From contig OZ024741.1 in the NCBI GenBank assembly GCA_964016885.1, forward strand, positions 227,664,001 to 227,728,000: a stretch of 64,000 bases of DNA, given 5' to 3'. The translations under genes were made by a program, and so were the position numbers. Position 1 is the stretch's first letter. The number at the start of each line of letters is the position of its first letter. The stretch comes from Eledone cirrhosa. Its lineage: Eukaryota. This document shows positions 1 through 13,199 of this stretch, in pieces. Below the pieces are notes generated by a model. It worked only from the letters and a program-made list of their open reading frames with translations, did not search any database and was not told where the DNA came from.

Positions 1-86
1 TGCACACACACATACACATATGTGTATATTCATATATATATATATATATATACATACATACATATATATATATGTATATATATATA

Positions 87-350
87 TATTATTCAAAATG
101 TTAACGAATGAAAAATATTCACATAATCAAAATATATACTTTATTATACATATTTCAAAGGTACTTAAACAACATAGTACATTTGAAATATGTATAAAAA
201 AGTATATATTTTGACAATGTGAATAATTTTCATTTGTTAACATTTTGAATAATATTAAAAACTCCAGGAAAACCCCTACCTGTTGAGTGTTTCTAATCTA
301 TTGTAAAATTGTATTCGTTGAGTAATCAACGAACCATACTAATCTTTGGT
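87..350. mobile_element. PLE-type terminal-repeat remnant folded back as an inverted repeat (87-254) plus 3' tail to (TA)n
   Basis: Arms 87-160 and 176-254 are imperfect reverse complements. Homologous to the 35270-35430 hammerhead family. Both arms carry only the GAAA-helix III half of a hammerhead. Confidence 0.7.
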
Positions 351-368
351 CATATGTATATATATATA

Positions 369-520
369 TTTCGTTTCTGAATTTGTTTAGCAAGATTCTT
401 TATCTGAAAACGTGTGTTGAAACCGATATTGTTATACTTTGGGAGGATCATGTTGCCAATAAGAAACACACGCACCAGTGATTTCACTCCAATTTATTAT
501 AAATTAAATTTATAAATTTA
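369..520. repeat. Dispersed repeat, second copy at 48051-48200
   Basis: TTTCGTTTCTGAATTTGTTTAGCAAGATTCTTTATCTGAAAACGTGTGTTGAA... recurs at 48051; both copies start at a (TA)n tract. Confidence 0.8.
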
Positions 521-539
521 AGAAATTTGTAAATTTCCG

Positions 540-785
540 GTGTTGAACAAAAGGGCAACGATGGTTGCCGAACACTGTACGGCTAATAATAAGGGCTGTT
601 TGTTTACAAACAAACCGAGGATTATAATAAATGTTCGGTAAACCCATACGTACATATATATATGTATGCATGTATGTATATACATACTACTGTACGTCTG
701 TATACATATATGTATGTACGTATACATACTTATATTTAAGTATCAGCCGTACTAAGAGTGAGAAAAGATTCATATTTTCCATTTA
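540..785 (+). mobile_element. Partial copy of hammerhead family A (466-bp unit family)
   Basis: Matches the 3' part of the units at 12270-12565 and 27810-28066, and ends at the same point before (TA)n. Confidence 0.8.
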
Positions 786-805
786 TATATATATATATAC
801 GTATG

Positions 806-885
<80 letters not shown>

Positions 886-1111
886 AATAATGGAGCTGCG
901 GCGCTGCAAATGGGTTACATATGAAAAAGTTTGTCCTCATCAGTGGCCATTCAACCGTCGTAGGCATTTCGTCGCATTAAAGGCCATATACCTCAGGTTG
1001 GTGCGTGCAACGGCTAAAAAAAAGTCGTTGGGACACGTAAATAAAGGGGACGCTAGGGTAAACAAACAAAATGGTTTAAGCAGCAGAAAGAGAGGAAGAA
1101 GGAAACAAGTC

Positions 1112-1145
<34 letters not shown>

Positions 1146-1504
1146 TGTATATATATATGTGTGTGCGTATGTATATATACGTGTCTGTCTCGTGCGGCTG
1201 CACGGACGTGTATCGGTGAGATACGTTCAAACAAAATAGATGAATTAAATAAAAAGTACTTTGCACTATTTGAACCGAGTTATTTCCCTTTTGACCAGCT
1301 TCACTTTGATATTTTGTTGTTTGGTAGATCGATACAAGTAGTGGAATCGACTGAACCATTTGAAACTAACGCTGAAGCATGTCCGCAGTCAAACTACTGG
1401 GACAAGTAAAATAATAATAATAACAGCTATGTTGTTAGACATAAATATAGTGATAAAAACAAGAAATATATTAATGATATCTGTTTGTTATAGATATTTA
1501 ATTG

Positions 1505-1940
1505 AGAGATCCCCCATCTGGGGTACTACATGTGACACGTTCTCCGCCTCCAACTTAGTCGACCACAAACCCCTGTACTGCGGCCCGCAATGCCGAGGAA
1601 AGGATGACAAAGAAATATCGGGGATTGTCCGGCCGCTTCCTCTTCGCACCTGTTGATGTTGAGACCTCAGGCATAATTGGACCCCGTATGCCAAGCTCCT
1701 TCGCAAGATCGGGACGCCAGCGGCCTGTCTGAGGAAGTATCTACGCGAGGTGGTGTGGCTGTTACAGCGGGTGTCGCTGGCCATTTTCAGCGGGAATGCT
1801 TTTGCGGCCTTGTCCCGGGGCGCAGCCCCAATACCGCCGAAGCCTAGGCCCAGAGCCTATCACCCTTCCATTCCCCCGCCCATTCTTCGGTGACACTAGA
1901 GCCCTTGCCTTTTCCTTCCTTTTCTATTTTCATAACAACA
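1505..1940 (+). mobile_element. CRE-like non-LTR retrotransposon 3' fragment (RLE domain end + 3' UTR)
   Basis: Frameshifted TTCDTFSAS, ETSGIIGP, LQRVSLAIFSGNAFA motifs; homologous to 5040-5690 (-). Confidence 0.7.
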
Positions 1941-4053
1941 AAAGACACTTGAATATTCAATGTAACTCTAGTTTGTGTAGTGAGTACTGTGTTTATATAC
2001 AGACAAGTAGTGGAGAACTAACAAAACTTCATGGCTTCATACATACGTAATTCTAGACAGAATGTGTCGCCTGTTTAACACCAAACTAACACCAACACCC
2101 ATTCATTCGGTGTATTTAGCGGAGTCTACACTGTTGCAAGTATTAGGACCGAGTCTCCGGCACGAGGGACTGTAATTCGTTTTATTGCAACACTGCTTCT
2201 TACAGCAATAATCCCTGGCTGCTTTCTTTCTTTTTCTATATCAGTATGAAGTCTTGGGAACTATCCTTTCGTTTATTTCCTCCTATCTGCGATATATGTA
2301 AAATGGTCGTATGTTCTACCCTACTCTTTCCTTTACTGCACCTGGTGCTTTGTAAAAACATCATATGCACTGCATCCATAGGCGCTTAAGGATCATATAG
2401 AATGCCCTTCCCTTTCCTGTACTCCTAGGTCTCCTGCAGAAGGCTCATGAGTGCTGTTTTTCTCTTTCTTTGCACCATCCATGGGAATCGTTGCAGTTGT
2501 CCCATGAGGGTTACTATTTCCTTTATTTCTGCAATCCTAGATCTCGCGGAAAAAAATCTATGAGCGCTGCTCTTCTTTTTCTAATGAAAATAAAGGAATT
2601 ATTTTAAACCTCTATATATATCTGAAGGTAGTGAACATCCACATGTTATTTTTGTTGATTTTTCTTGGCTTCAGGTTAGACGTAATCGAGTATGTCTATG
2701 ATTAAGAGTATTCCATCTGTAAGCATCCTGCCATTTGTTTTTGTTTTTTTTCAGACACTGTATCTAGGATTATTTTACCAAATGTGATCCTTCCTTAAGA
2801 TGGTGAAATCTGATGAGGGAGATTTCTTTCGCTGGAATTTTATAGCCAACCGAGTGACCGTGTAGAGGTTCCCAATTGATTCTTGCCCACACATATATAA
2901 AATATTATTGGTAAAATCTCTACTTAATACCACCTTATTCCTATACTTTCTACTCCATAAATGAATCGGTGTACATAAATATTTATGGAACAAAACCAAC
3001 ATTAGTCAGTAATATATTTACATACAAGTTAGTTGACCATGCTCTAGAATAATTATTCAACTCATAAATCCAACAGACACAACATCTAATAATAAACAAA
3101 GAAATGACACCGTGTACTACATGAACCAAATGCACCCTGACTATAGTGCAGATTAACACATTATGAAAACATACTAATAAAACGGAATGCAATAACCATA
3201 ATACATAACCCTAATTATAAAAACAACTTTTAAAATCACCCCTCCAACAGCAAACCACTGCATGCATTATGTTCAGTCATAAACCCGCATTAATAAGTAC
3301 AAAAAAAAAAACAAAATAAAAAATTACTTCTTCGATAGCAAAGCACAAGATGCATTATAATCTGTCATAAATCCACATTGCTAATATGTTACAAAAACAC
3401 GAAAATAAAAAAAAACTATTTATTAAATAACAAGCTACAAGCTTGCAGACGATTGAATAACTGAATGACTAATTAATGTAATTTATGGATTTGTATGCAA
3501 ATGCAGAAACTATAAATGCATGACTCTAACATGGTACAATTGCCAAACAAGTATAGCATATTTATCGCCAGCTGACAATACATCGATAACAAGGAGTCAT
3601 TTCAATACCTTACATAATAAGAAAATAAGATAGAAAAAAAAAGTAAACGTTAAATGATAATACGACCATCGTATATAAAATCTCTAATAAAACAAGTACT
3701 AGAAGCTTAATCATACAAGTAATATGAATAGTCAAATAGAACGCAAGAATTAACACAAATAATTCCCCCTGTGAACAAATTAAGACCAGTTCCTGATTGT
3801 TGAAATAAACCTGATGTTAACGGCAAACAATTTCATAAACTGGCTCTAACTACATTGCCGTTAAAATAATATCGATCAATGTGATGTTTTAACAGTATGT
3901 TTAAAAAAAGTCTCCATACATCCACAAATATATATTTACGCATATGTATATACGCACATATATATACATATATATTTATATATGTATATACATACATATA
4001 TATATATATACACATGTATATGCATATATATATATGTGTGTGTGTGTATATGT

Positions 4054-4131
<78 letters not shown>

Positions 4132-4183
4132 ATTTAAAACTGCACTATCCACAAGTGTTTTTAACCTTCATATCATGTCCTCC

Positions 4184-4254
4184 TATTTTATCTGATGAAA
4201 ACACAAATGTTATTGCATGATGATATTTGTTTTTGAAATGCGCATAATAAAATA
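4184..4254 (+). ncRNA. Type I hammerhead ribozyme motif
   Basis: TATTTTAT-CTGATGA-[AAACACAAATGTTAT...ATGATATTTGTTTTT]-GAAA-TGCGCA-TA-ATAAAATA. 8-bp helix I, palindromic helix III, NUH=AUA. Confidence 0.85.
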
Positions 4255-4281
4255 CATGGAACTCATTTAACCATCTTTTGA

Positions 4282-4370
<89 letters not shown>

Positions 4371-4706
4371 CCCAATGGCCTCAGTGTGTTAAGTCGATTA
4401 TACATATAAATCAAAATTTACCACACAGGGCAGAACGTAGAACAGTGGAAAATGAGAGTAAAGGAATAGACAGAAACATCCCACTCGTTAGATGTTAGTT
4501 GAAGGGGTCAATGCGGTTTCAGGATCTATAACAGTATTGCGTTCTCCAATAACTTATAAAAAAAAAGATCTATTTAGGAAAGTGGACAGAGGTGAAGTGT
4601 TGCATGATGGGAATGATTGAGTGAAGAAAGGTTGCAAGACAACCGATATAGAGAGATGGGGGACACAAAGAAAGAATCGAGAGAGAAGAACAAATGAGAG
4701 AACAAA

Positions 4707-4714
4707 GAGAGAGA

Positions 4715-4789
<75 letters not shown>

Positions 4790-4870
4790 TGTGTGAAAGA
4801 GAGAGAGGGAGAGAGATAGAGAGAGGGAGAGAGAGAGAGGGGGAGAGAGAGAGAGAAAGAGAGAGAGAGA
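4707..4870. repeat. (GA)n microsatellite
   Basis: Direct reading. Confidence 0.95.
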
Positions 4871-5039
4871 TGTCATAGCAGTAGTAAATAAGTTAAAATA
4901 GAATGTGTCAGTTAAGTCTAATTTAAATTTGTTAAAAATGTTATAAAGGAAGAGTGAAGGGTTAACTCTATTTCAAGAACTTAATTATTAGTAGTAAATT
5001 GATGTTTATAATAGTAAATAGGGAAACAATTAGATTCAG

Positions 5040-5690
5040 AAGAAAAAAATGGAATATAAAATGAGAAAATATAAACAAAAAAACGGAAAGGCAAGGGCTC
5101 TAATGTGATGGAAGAACAGGGAGGTGATAGGATGGGGGGGGGGGGGTAGGGCTCTGGGTCTAGGGCACGGTGGTAATGGGGCTGCACCCCGCGGACAAGA
5201 CGACAAAAGCGTTCCCGCAGATTATGGCCAGCGACACCCGCTGTAACAGCCACCCCCATCTCGCGGCGCTCCTTCCTCAGGCGGGTCATCGACGTTCCGA
5301 TCTTGCGGAGGAGCTCGGCAGTACGGGGTTTAAGTACGAAGTGACCAGTGTGAAGAGGAAGCGCCCAGACAATCCCGGGTATTTGTTTGTCTTCTTCTCT
5401 GTATAGCGGGCTGCAGTACCGGGGTTTTAACCGAAGCGACTAAGCTGGAGACGGAGAATGTGTGTCACAACATGTGGTGTCCAAGATGAGGGATCCTCCT
5501 CCTTCGAATGGGAAGAGGGTGATTCCATCGGGGCGCTTGCCGTCTCTGCAGCCAAGGACTGCTGGCTCCAGTTGTGATGGGAAGCCAGCTGCGTTCAGGG
5601 TCCTTCTCAATATGCTGTTGAGAGCGGCATGTCAGAGGAACCGGCCTGCGCTCTGGTGGTAAAAATGAACTGTCATTCGAATGTGTACAA
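5040..5690 (-). mobile_element. CRE-like non-LTR retrotransposon 3' fragment (restriction-like endonuclease)
   Basis: Minus strand reads [47 protein letters not shown]...DTTCCDT, the RH..LN / RPDG / D.TC.DT RLE signature. Confidence 0.8.
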
Positions 5691-5910
5691 AACAGGTCAT
5701 CTGCGTCAAATATTGTCGTAGTGCCAAGCGGCTTTGTATTCCACCATTGTGGCAGGAATGTCGTGTCGGGCCTTATTTCGCTGTGATACGATATCAGTAT
5801 ACTTGGTTTTCTTCAACATTCTCTTCCTCCTTTCTTTTGCTTCCTGCAATGTGATATTATTATTATACCCTCTCAGGGATTTGTAACTAAGGATTTTGCT
5901 ATATGAATAT

Positions 5911-5950
5911 CTGCCTGCGACGAGCCCCCTGGGCGAAACACGTGTGAGAG
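5911..5950 (+). ncRNA. Degenerate hammerhead motif
   Basis: GCGACGA-GCCC CCT GGGC-GAAA-CACGTG-TG. Helix II and palindromic helix III intact; core C3 and cleavage triplet mutated. Confidence 0.45.
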
Positions 5951-6007
5951 CTATATAAAGATATGTTTTAACGGATTGTAACTCTTTGATTATTATATAT
6001 AGGAAAG

Positions 6008-6198
6008 GGTGGTGGTTTGGCAGAATCGGTAGAGGGTCGGACAACATGCTTTGCAGAACAGAGTTACGCCCCTTTCTGATCTGAGTTCAAATCCTGCCGA
6101 GGTTAACTTTGCCTTTCATCCTTACGGGGTCGATAAAATAAAGTACCAGTAATGCACTGGGTAATTGCTGGCCTTGTGCCAAAAGTAGAAACAATTAT
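6008..6198 (+). mobile_element. tRNA-derived SINE (octopus-type, Nin/Deu-like core)
   Basis: A-box TGGCAGAATCGG, B-box GAGTTCAAATCC, core GCCTTTCATCCTTACGGGGTCGATAAAATAAAGTACC. 19-bp TSD ATTATTATATATAGGAAAG at 5989-6007 and 6194-6212. Confidence 0.9.
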
Positions 6199-6310
6199 TA
6201 TATATAGGAAAGAGTCAGGACCCCGACGGCTGAGCTCCGGCCGTTTCGACAGCTATAGCTATATATTTATTTTGCAAGGCTTTTGATATGAAATCCTCTG
6301 TTGAAACAAA

Positions 6311-6458
6311 TATTGATATATTTGGGGAGGGTCATGTTGTATAATATTGCCAGAAATGTATAATAAAGCAAACTCAACCCAAATCAAACAGTGAGTGTGT
6401 TTTATTATATATTTCTGGCAATATTATAACAACATGACCCTCCCGAAATATAACAATA
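6311..6458. repeat. Imperfect inverted repeat
   Basis: GGGAGGGTCATGTTG...TATTGCCAGAAAT versus ATTTCTGGCAATA...CAACATGACCCTCCC; distantly related to 369-520. Confidence 0.7.
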
Positions 6459-6498
6459 TATTTATATATACATGTGTGTGTGTTTATTTTTATATGTA

Positions 6499-6664
<166 letters not shown>

Positions 6665-6782
6665 CAGGATTTATTTCATATATAAATCACTTCAATGGGT
6701 ATGAAACTGTTTCATTCATTTGAAATCATCATGACTGATCATTTCAATACTTGCTCACAAATCATAATGAAATGAATCTAGA

Positions 6783-7420
6783 CGTATCCCCCATATTTTC
6801 TCTGTCGATGACCTGAAATTGTATGGGCCAAATATCAACCACATAGAAATTAAGCAATTGGACCTTATTACACATTTTTCTACAGACATCATTGTGATGA
6901 AATTTGGTGAATCCAAATGTGCATTTTTTACAATAAAGCGTAAAAAGGTTGTGCTCTCCTCTGGAAATCTAAAAATGAACAACTTGACGATACAACGTCT
7001 AAAGTCAGGTGACAACTATAGGTATCTTGGATAGGATGAGAATGTAAGATATGTTGGACACATAAATAATGAGAGGAGCAGGAATGAATACCTAAAGACA
7101 GTAAAGAGAATATGGTCATTAGAACTCTCAGCGTACCACAAACTCATAATACCTTTGCTGTGCTCATCCTATGTAAAATATTCCAAAGATTCCGCATCTA
7201 ATAACTGCATATACATATGTACAGATACAAAGCACATGCACATGCATACATACAACTGAAAATGTACACATCCACACATACAATAACATCCATACCTGCA
7301 CACACATGCATATCTACCTAGTTGATGTGTAAATTCCAATGAGACAGCCTTGTGTCTGTTAGAAACCGACTCTCTCTCTCTGTTAGTAAAAATTTGTGAA
7401 ATTATAAAACCAGAAGAATA
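6783..7420 (+). mobile_element. R4-clade non-LTR fragment, internally deleted, ending in (TACA)n
   Basis: SVDDLKLY...MKFGESKCA...YRYLG RT motifs. 7169-7328 matches the 3' end/UTR at 10215-10377. Abuts (TACA)n at 7421. Confidence 0.8.
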
Positions 7421-7520
7421 TACATACATACATACGTACATACATACATGCATACATACATACATACATACATACATACATACATACATACATACATACA
7501 TACATACATACATACATACA
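7421..7520. repeat. (TACA)n microsatellite
   Basis: Direct reading. Confidence 0.95.
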
Positions 7521-8112
7521 TGGTGGCTGCCAACACGTTTTCGAGTACGGCCACTACTTTATATCCTACGGATGCGCTGAACGAGTGTGACTTTTTAGTC
7601 CAGCCAGCGATTTGAAAACTCTGGTACAAACACTACACTTTTGACAATTATTGACACATAGTGCTGGGCCCATGGTACCATCTGACGACAAGTGCAGAGA
7701 GATCTCCAGATATAAAGCAATGCCTGTGCCGTGAAGATTTTATAGTGAGCAAAGGCACTGCACAAAGCCAGTCCCACTCTCTTAAACAAGATGATATGTA
7801 CCAAAAAGAAGAACAAGTCAACATCATTGGATACCATCAGGGTTGCAGGTGTTATATCAGAGTTTTCCTTCTCCTAGAATTCTGCCTTGACAAAGGCTAA
7901 GGGTTCATCTCTCCCGGTGATTTTGGATGGCCATTGACTCTTAAGAGCTCCTTTGCCCTTTGACAGGTTTTGTTTATAGTCCTGCAGGATGTCCAAAGTC
8001 ACCCTCCTCACCAAGAAACCTTGGTGGGGTTGCCAGTTTAGTCGCCAACGACCCGACCATGAGACAGGTTGTACTGGGATACATGTTACCAGTAGCACCA
8101 ACTGGTGACCTG
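7521..8112 (-). mobile_element. Short internally deleted RTE-like element (5'-UTR-like part fused to C2H2-finger 3' end, (TGTA)n tail)
   Basis: Minus 7637-7566 encodes CSVCTRVFKSLAGLKSHTRSAHP*, followed by a short UTR and (TGTA)n. The 5' part is GC-richer and structured. Confidence 0.6.
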
Positions 8113-8113
8113 A

Positions 8114-8179
8114 CATACATACATACATACATACATACATACATACATACATACATACATACATACATACATACATACA

Positions 8180-8206
<27 letters not shown>
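8114..8206. repeat. (TACA)n microsatellite
   Basis: Direct reading. Confidence 0.95.
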
Positions 8207-8213
<7 letters not shown>

Positions 8214-8214
8214 C

Positions 8215-10377
8215 AGTCTGCCTGAACCTATTCCTCCAAGATCACTGTGAAAATAATAACATCATCACAGATAAATAAGCAGCTGGAAAGAAAGGGGTTT
8301 TAGGATGTGCTGAACAACTCCTAATCAACAAAACTGCGATGTCGGAGGTGCGACAACTTCGGAGGAATATGGCTACAGTCTGGATGGACTACAGGAAAGC
8401 TTTCGATTCTGTTCCCCACTCTCGGATGATAGAGGCCCTCCAACTTGCTAAAGTCCCAGACATTATTGTCAGAGCCATAGAGAAGCTGTCTTCTTCTTGG
8501 GCTACTATCCTAAGGTTAAAGACAGAGAGGGAGGACTCTATTTTCACTGATAAAATAAAATATCGCAGGGAGACAGTCTCTGTGATATTATTCGTCTTGT
8601 CATTAAACCCTTTGTCCTTTCTGCTCAATAAATGTGAGAGATACTTCATTGGCTCACAGGAGGACAGAAATACGAACCTAAACCATAATTTCTTTGTGGA
8701 CGATCTGAAACTCTATGCCAAGAACATGATTGAGATGAAGAACAATCTTGACCTGGTTACAACGTTCTCAAAGGATATAGGAATGGAGTTTGGCCAAGAT
8801 AAATGCTCATACATGACTGTAAAGCGGGGAAAAACAACCCAATCTAGCAACATTGTCATCAATGGCCTAACTGTTTCACTGATATTTGATGAGGACTGCT
8901 ACAGATACCTGGGGATAGATGAGAACATATCATATAATGGTATCTGTAATAAGGAACGCGTAACCAGGGAATACTACACCCGATCAAGAAAGATTTGGTC
9001 ATCGGAACTCTCTGCTCAGAACAAAACAGTGGGTCACAATGTGTTTACTGTGCCTGTCCTAACACCAAGTTTTGGAATACTCAATTGGACGATAGACGAA
9101 ATCCGAGCAGTTGATGTTGGAACTCGAAAAATATTAAACAACACCGGAAACTTACACATCAACAGTAACATAGACCGCCTTTACTTGAAACGTAAGCAGG
9201 GAGGTAGAGGCCTAACATCAGTCCAGACAGCATTTGAATGTCGTATCATATCCCTCCGACGACATCTGCGAACCTCGAAGCGTAGGAGCCTGCTTCTCGA
9301 GCAAGTCTATCTGCATGAAACAGACAAGATCATGAGAGTTGGGAAGGAACTCCTTGAGAGATATTCAAAAACTCACACCCAGGGAAGTCGCTCAGCAGTA
9401 TCGCAGTGAATCCGTGGATGAAAAACTGCATGATTATCAGCAAAAAGTCATGCATGGATATGTTGCCAGGAAGCTCCAGAGTGAGAGTAATATAGATAAG
9501 GAAAGTAGTCTATCTTGGACCAACAGCCGCTATATTGGCTCCCACTTTGAAGGATACGCTTTTGCAATCCAAGAACAGGAGATTAACATGAAATACCTGA
9601 TTCACAAAAGAGATAAGGATGCAGGCAAAACACTTAGATGTGATAACAAGTGCAGACCCTGCAGAAATAACATCGAGGTTATCACTCATGTCATCAGCAG
9701 CTGTCCAAAGATGTCATCGCGGTACTATCTACCTATGAGGCATGATGTAGTGGCCAAAACACTGTACAATGCAGTCTGTAAAAAAGATATCCCCGATAAT
9801 AAATACATTAAAAGCTACAGCAATGTGGAAGACATCCACGTACATAATATGAAAGAGTACTAGTGGAATGTTCCAGTAAAAACCCCAATAAAATGCAGGC
9901 ATAACAGACCAGATATTATGATATGCGACAGAGAGAAGAAAGCATGCACAGTAGTGGAAATTAGCTGCCCAGCAGATGCAAATATAATATCAAAGATTAG
10001 CGAAGAGGAGAATATTTATGCAGAACTGATGAGAAATCTGCAGATACTCCACCCTGATTACACCTTCAGATTTATGCCTGTGATTATTGGGGCACTGGGG
10101 TATGTTAGTAACTGCCTCAATACAAATCTTGAGAAGCTAGGCTTCACAGCAACAGAAAGAACACAACTCGTTAGGAAATTACAAGTACAATCCATTAATG
10201 GACAAGTAAAAAATATGTAAAACATTCCAAAAATTTTGCATCTAATAACTGCATATACACATGTACAGATAGAAAGCATATACACATGCACACATACAAC
10301 TCAAAACATACACATCCACACATACAATAACATCCATATCTACACATGGATGCATACATAATCTATCTAGTTGATGT
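8215..10377 (+). mobile_element. R4/Dong-clade non-LTR retrotransposon, 5'-truncated
   Basis: RT, CCHC finger and RLE across ORFs 8339-9409, 9339-9863 and 9918-10220; 3' UTR shared with 7169-7328. Confidence 0.9.
8339..10220 (+). pseudogene. Reverse transcriptase - zinc knuckle - restriction-like endonuclease (frameshifted)
   Basis: DYRKAFDSVPH, FFVDDLKLY, YRYLG, GGRGL, CRPC..HVISSC, RHD, RPDI, VVEISCP. The QG motif is missing (KYRR|ETVS); there is a frameshift near 9380 and a stop at 9861. Confidence 0.9.
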
Positions 10378-11080
10378 TTGTATTCACTCTAGACGAAAAT
10401 GCATTGAATTATCGGATCATTGAGTGCTTTGTGACTGCCTCAAACAAATCGATTTGTATCTGCTATATTGCAGCTACAACTTCGATTTATGCATATTATT
10501 GTTATTTTTCTCCCAATTCATGTATTCGATTGATTTTATTTATAAATGCTAGTTGTGAGTTTTTATTTGAGGTTGTGAAAATAGTTTTGTTCACACCCTG
10601 AATTTACCCGCTAACAGTCCGGCCAAATTGACCTTCCTCTTTTGAGAAAAGTCACGTGAAGACAGGCCAATTCACTACTACAGTAGAATGCCTTAATGTC
10701 TCCCAGAAGGAGCAGGTTCAATATTATGGAACGAAACCTGCCGATGACGGAGTGTCCTGTTCAATCAGGGAAATACATCTATGACTTGCATATCCATTAT
10801 GCAACTTATGGTGCAGCTCCCCGGTTTCCCAGAAATCTATCGAACATTTTTATCGATTTCTATCGATTCCTATATACTCGAGACGGTCCAGATTATTCTT
10901 CAACATGTTTGTATTTTTCGTTGTTGTGGTATAAGTATGGTCATACACTTTCTTAACTTTGTATTCACTCTGGACGAAAATGCATTGAATTTTCGGATCA
11001 TTGAGTGCTTTGTGATTGACTGAAACAAATAGATTTGTATCTGTTATATTGCTGCTACAACTTCGATTTATGCATATTAT
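10378..11080. mobile_element. Partial-tandem element with ~120-bp direct repeats (10378-10499, 10958-11080)
   Basis: TTTGTATTCACTCT.GACGAAAATGCATTGAATT.TCGGATCATTGAGTGCTTTGTGA repeated ~580 bp apart; resembles a PLE pseudo-LTR. Confidence 0.65.
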
Positions 11081-11143
11081 ATAAAGAGAGAGAGAGAGAG
11101 AGAGACATGAAACAGTTTTAGTGCTGTAGAAGTAGTTTCTATA

Positions 11144-11184
<41 letters not shown>

Positions 11185-11484
11185 AATTGAAACAAAATGA
11201 AAACGAAATTTCATTTCTCACTCTTAGTATGGCACTTACTTAAATGTAAGTATGCATGTATACGTACATACATATATGTATACAGACGTACAGTAGCATG
11301 CACATATATATATATATATACATATATATATACATATGCATACAGGTACACATACATATATGCACGTATCAGTTTAGCGGCGCTAACGTCGCTTTGTTCG
11401 TTTGTAAACAAACTGAACAGCCTGTATTTATGCCATACGGTGTTAAGGCAACCACGTCACCTTTTTGTTCAACACTGACACAGG

Positions 11485-11529
11485 AACGATGTACTAGTTT
11501 CAAGCTTGTTAGCTATCATCAGCACCGTT
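11485..11529 (-). ncRNA. Type I hammerhead (family A, copy 1)
   Basis: Minus: AACGGTG-CTGATGA-TAGCTAACAAGCTT-GAAA-CTAG-TA-CATCGTT. Confidence 0.85.
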
Positions 11530-11950
11530 TACCCATCTGCCAGATAGTTGAACGTTCGAAAGTATATACTTTCCTTATGAAAATTAACGGCTGAGCAGCC
11601 TAATTTGCATATTGAGTGAGTTAAATCGGTCAGGCATACCGAAAACGATAAATTGAAACAAAATGAAAACGAAATTTCATTTCTCACTCTTAGTATGGCA
11701 CTTACTTAAATGTAAGTATGCATGTATACGTACATACATATATGTATACAGACGTACAGTAGCATGCACATATATATATATATATACATATATATATACA
11801 TATGCATACAGGTACACATACATATATGCACGTATCAGTTTAGCGGCGCTAACGTCGCTTTGTTCGTTTGTAAACAAACTGAACAGCCTGAATTTATGCC
11901 ATACGGTGTTAAGGCAACCACGTCACCTTTTTGTTCAACACTGACACAGG

Positions 11951-11995
11951 AACGATGTACTAGTTTCAAGCTTGTTAGCTATCATCAGCACCGTT
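11951..11995 (-). ncRNA. Type I hammerhead (family A, copy 2)
   Basis: Same motif, 466 bp from copy 1. Confidence 0.85.
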
Positions 11996-12219
11996 TACCC
12001 ATCTGCCAGATAGTTGAACGTTCGAAAGTATATACTTTCCTTATGAAAATTAACGGCTGAGCAGCCTAATTTGCATATTGAGTGAGTTAAATCAGTCAGG
12101 CATACCGAAAACGATAAATTGAAACAAAATGAAAACGAAATTTCATTTCTCACTCTTAGTATGGCACTTACTAAGGAAAGTATATACTTTCGAACGTTCA
12201 ACTATCTGGCAGATGGGTA

Positions 12220-12264
12220 AACGGTGCTGATGATAGCTAACAAGCTTGAAACTAGTACATCGTT
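12220..12264 (+). ncRNA. Type I hammerhead (family A, copy 3)
   Basis: AACGGTG-CTGATGA-TAGCTAACAAGCTT-GAAA-CTAG-TA-CATCGTT. Confidence 0.85.
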
Positions 12265-12685
12265 CCTGTGTCAGTGTTGAACAAAAAGGTGACGTGGTTG
12301 CCTTAACACCGTATGGCATAAATTCAGGCTGTTCAGTTTGTTTACAAACGAACAAAGCGACGTTAGCGCCGCTAAACTGATACGTGCATATATGTATGTG
12401 TACCTGTATGCATATGTATATATATATGTATATATATATATATATGTGCATGCTACTGTACGTCTGTATACATATATGTATGTACGTATACATGCATACT
12501 TACATTTAAGTAAGTGCCATACTAAGAGTGAGAAATGAAATTTCGTTTTCATTTTGTTTCAATTTATCGTTTTCGGTATGCCTGACCGATTTAACTCACT
12601 CAATATGCAAATTAGGCTGCTCAGCCGTTAATTTTCATAAGGAAAGTATATACTTTCGAACGTTCAACTATCTGGCAGATGGGTA

Positions 12686-12730
12686 AACGGTGCTGATGAT
12701 AGCTAACAAGCTTGAAACTAGTACATCGTT
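12686..12730 (+). ncRNA. Type I hammerhead (family A, copy 4)
   Basis: Same motif, 466 bp from copy 3. Confidence 0.85.
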
Positions 12731-12882
12731 CCTGTGTCAGTGTTGAACAAAAAGGTGACGTGGTTGCCTTAACACCGTATGGCATAAATTCAGGCTGTTC
12801 AGTTTGTTTACAAACGAACAAAGCGACGTTAGCGCCGCTAAACTGATACGTGCATATATGTATGTGTACCTGTATGCATATG

Positions 12883-12913
<31 letters not shown>

Positions 12914-13154
12914 GTGCATGCTACTGTACGTCTGTATACATATATGTATGTACGTATACATGCATACTTACATTTAAGTAAGTGCCATACTAAGAGTGAG
13001 AAATGAAATTTCGTTTTCATTTTGTTTCAATTTATCGTTTTCGGTATGCCTGACCGATTTAACTCACTCAATATGCAAATTAGGCTGCTCAGCCGTTAAT
13101 TTTTTATAAGGAAAGTATATACTTTCGAACGTTCAACTATCTGGCAGATGGGTA

Positions 13155-13199
13155 AACGGTGCTGATGATAGCTAACAAGCTTGAAACTAGTACATCGTT
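13155..13199 (+). ncRNA. Type I hammerhead (family A, copy 5)
   Basis: Same motif, 469 bp from copy 4. Confidence 0.85.

Noticed and set aside
930-950. CTGATGA on the minus strand as a hammerhead
   Set aside because: No downstream helix II-GAAA half.
2805-2850. CTGATGA-GGGAG..CTTTC hairpin as a hammerhead
   Set aside because: Not followed by GAAA or a pairing helix I.
6008-6100. tRNA gene
   Set aside because: The A/B boxes belong to a multi-copy SINE with a TSD; the spacing and lack of a cloverleaf do not fit a tRNA.
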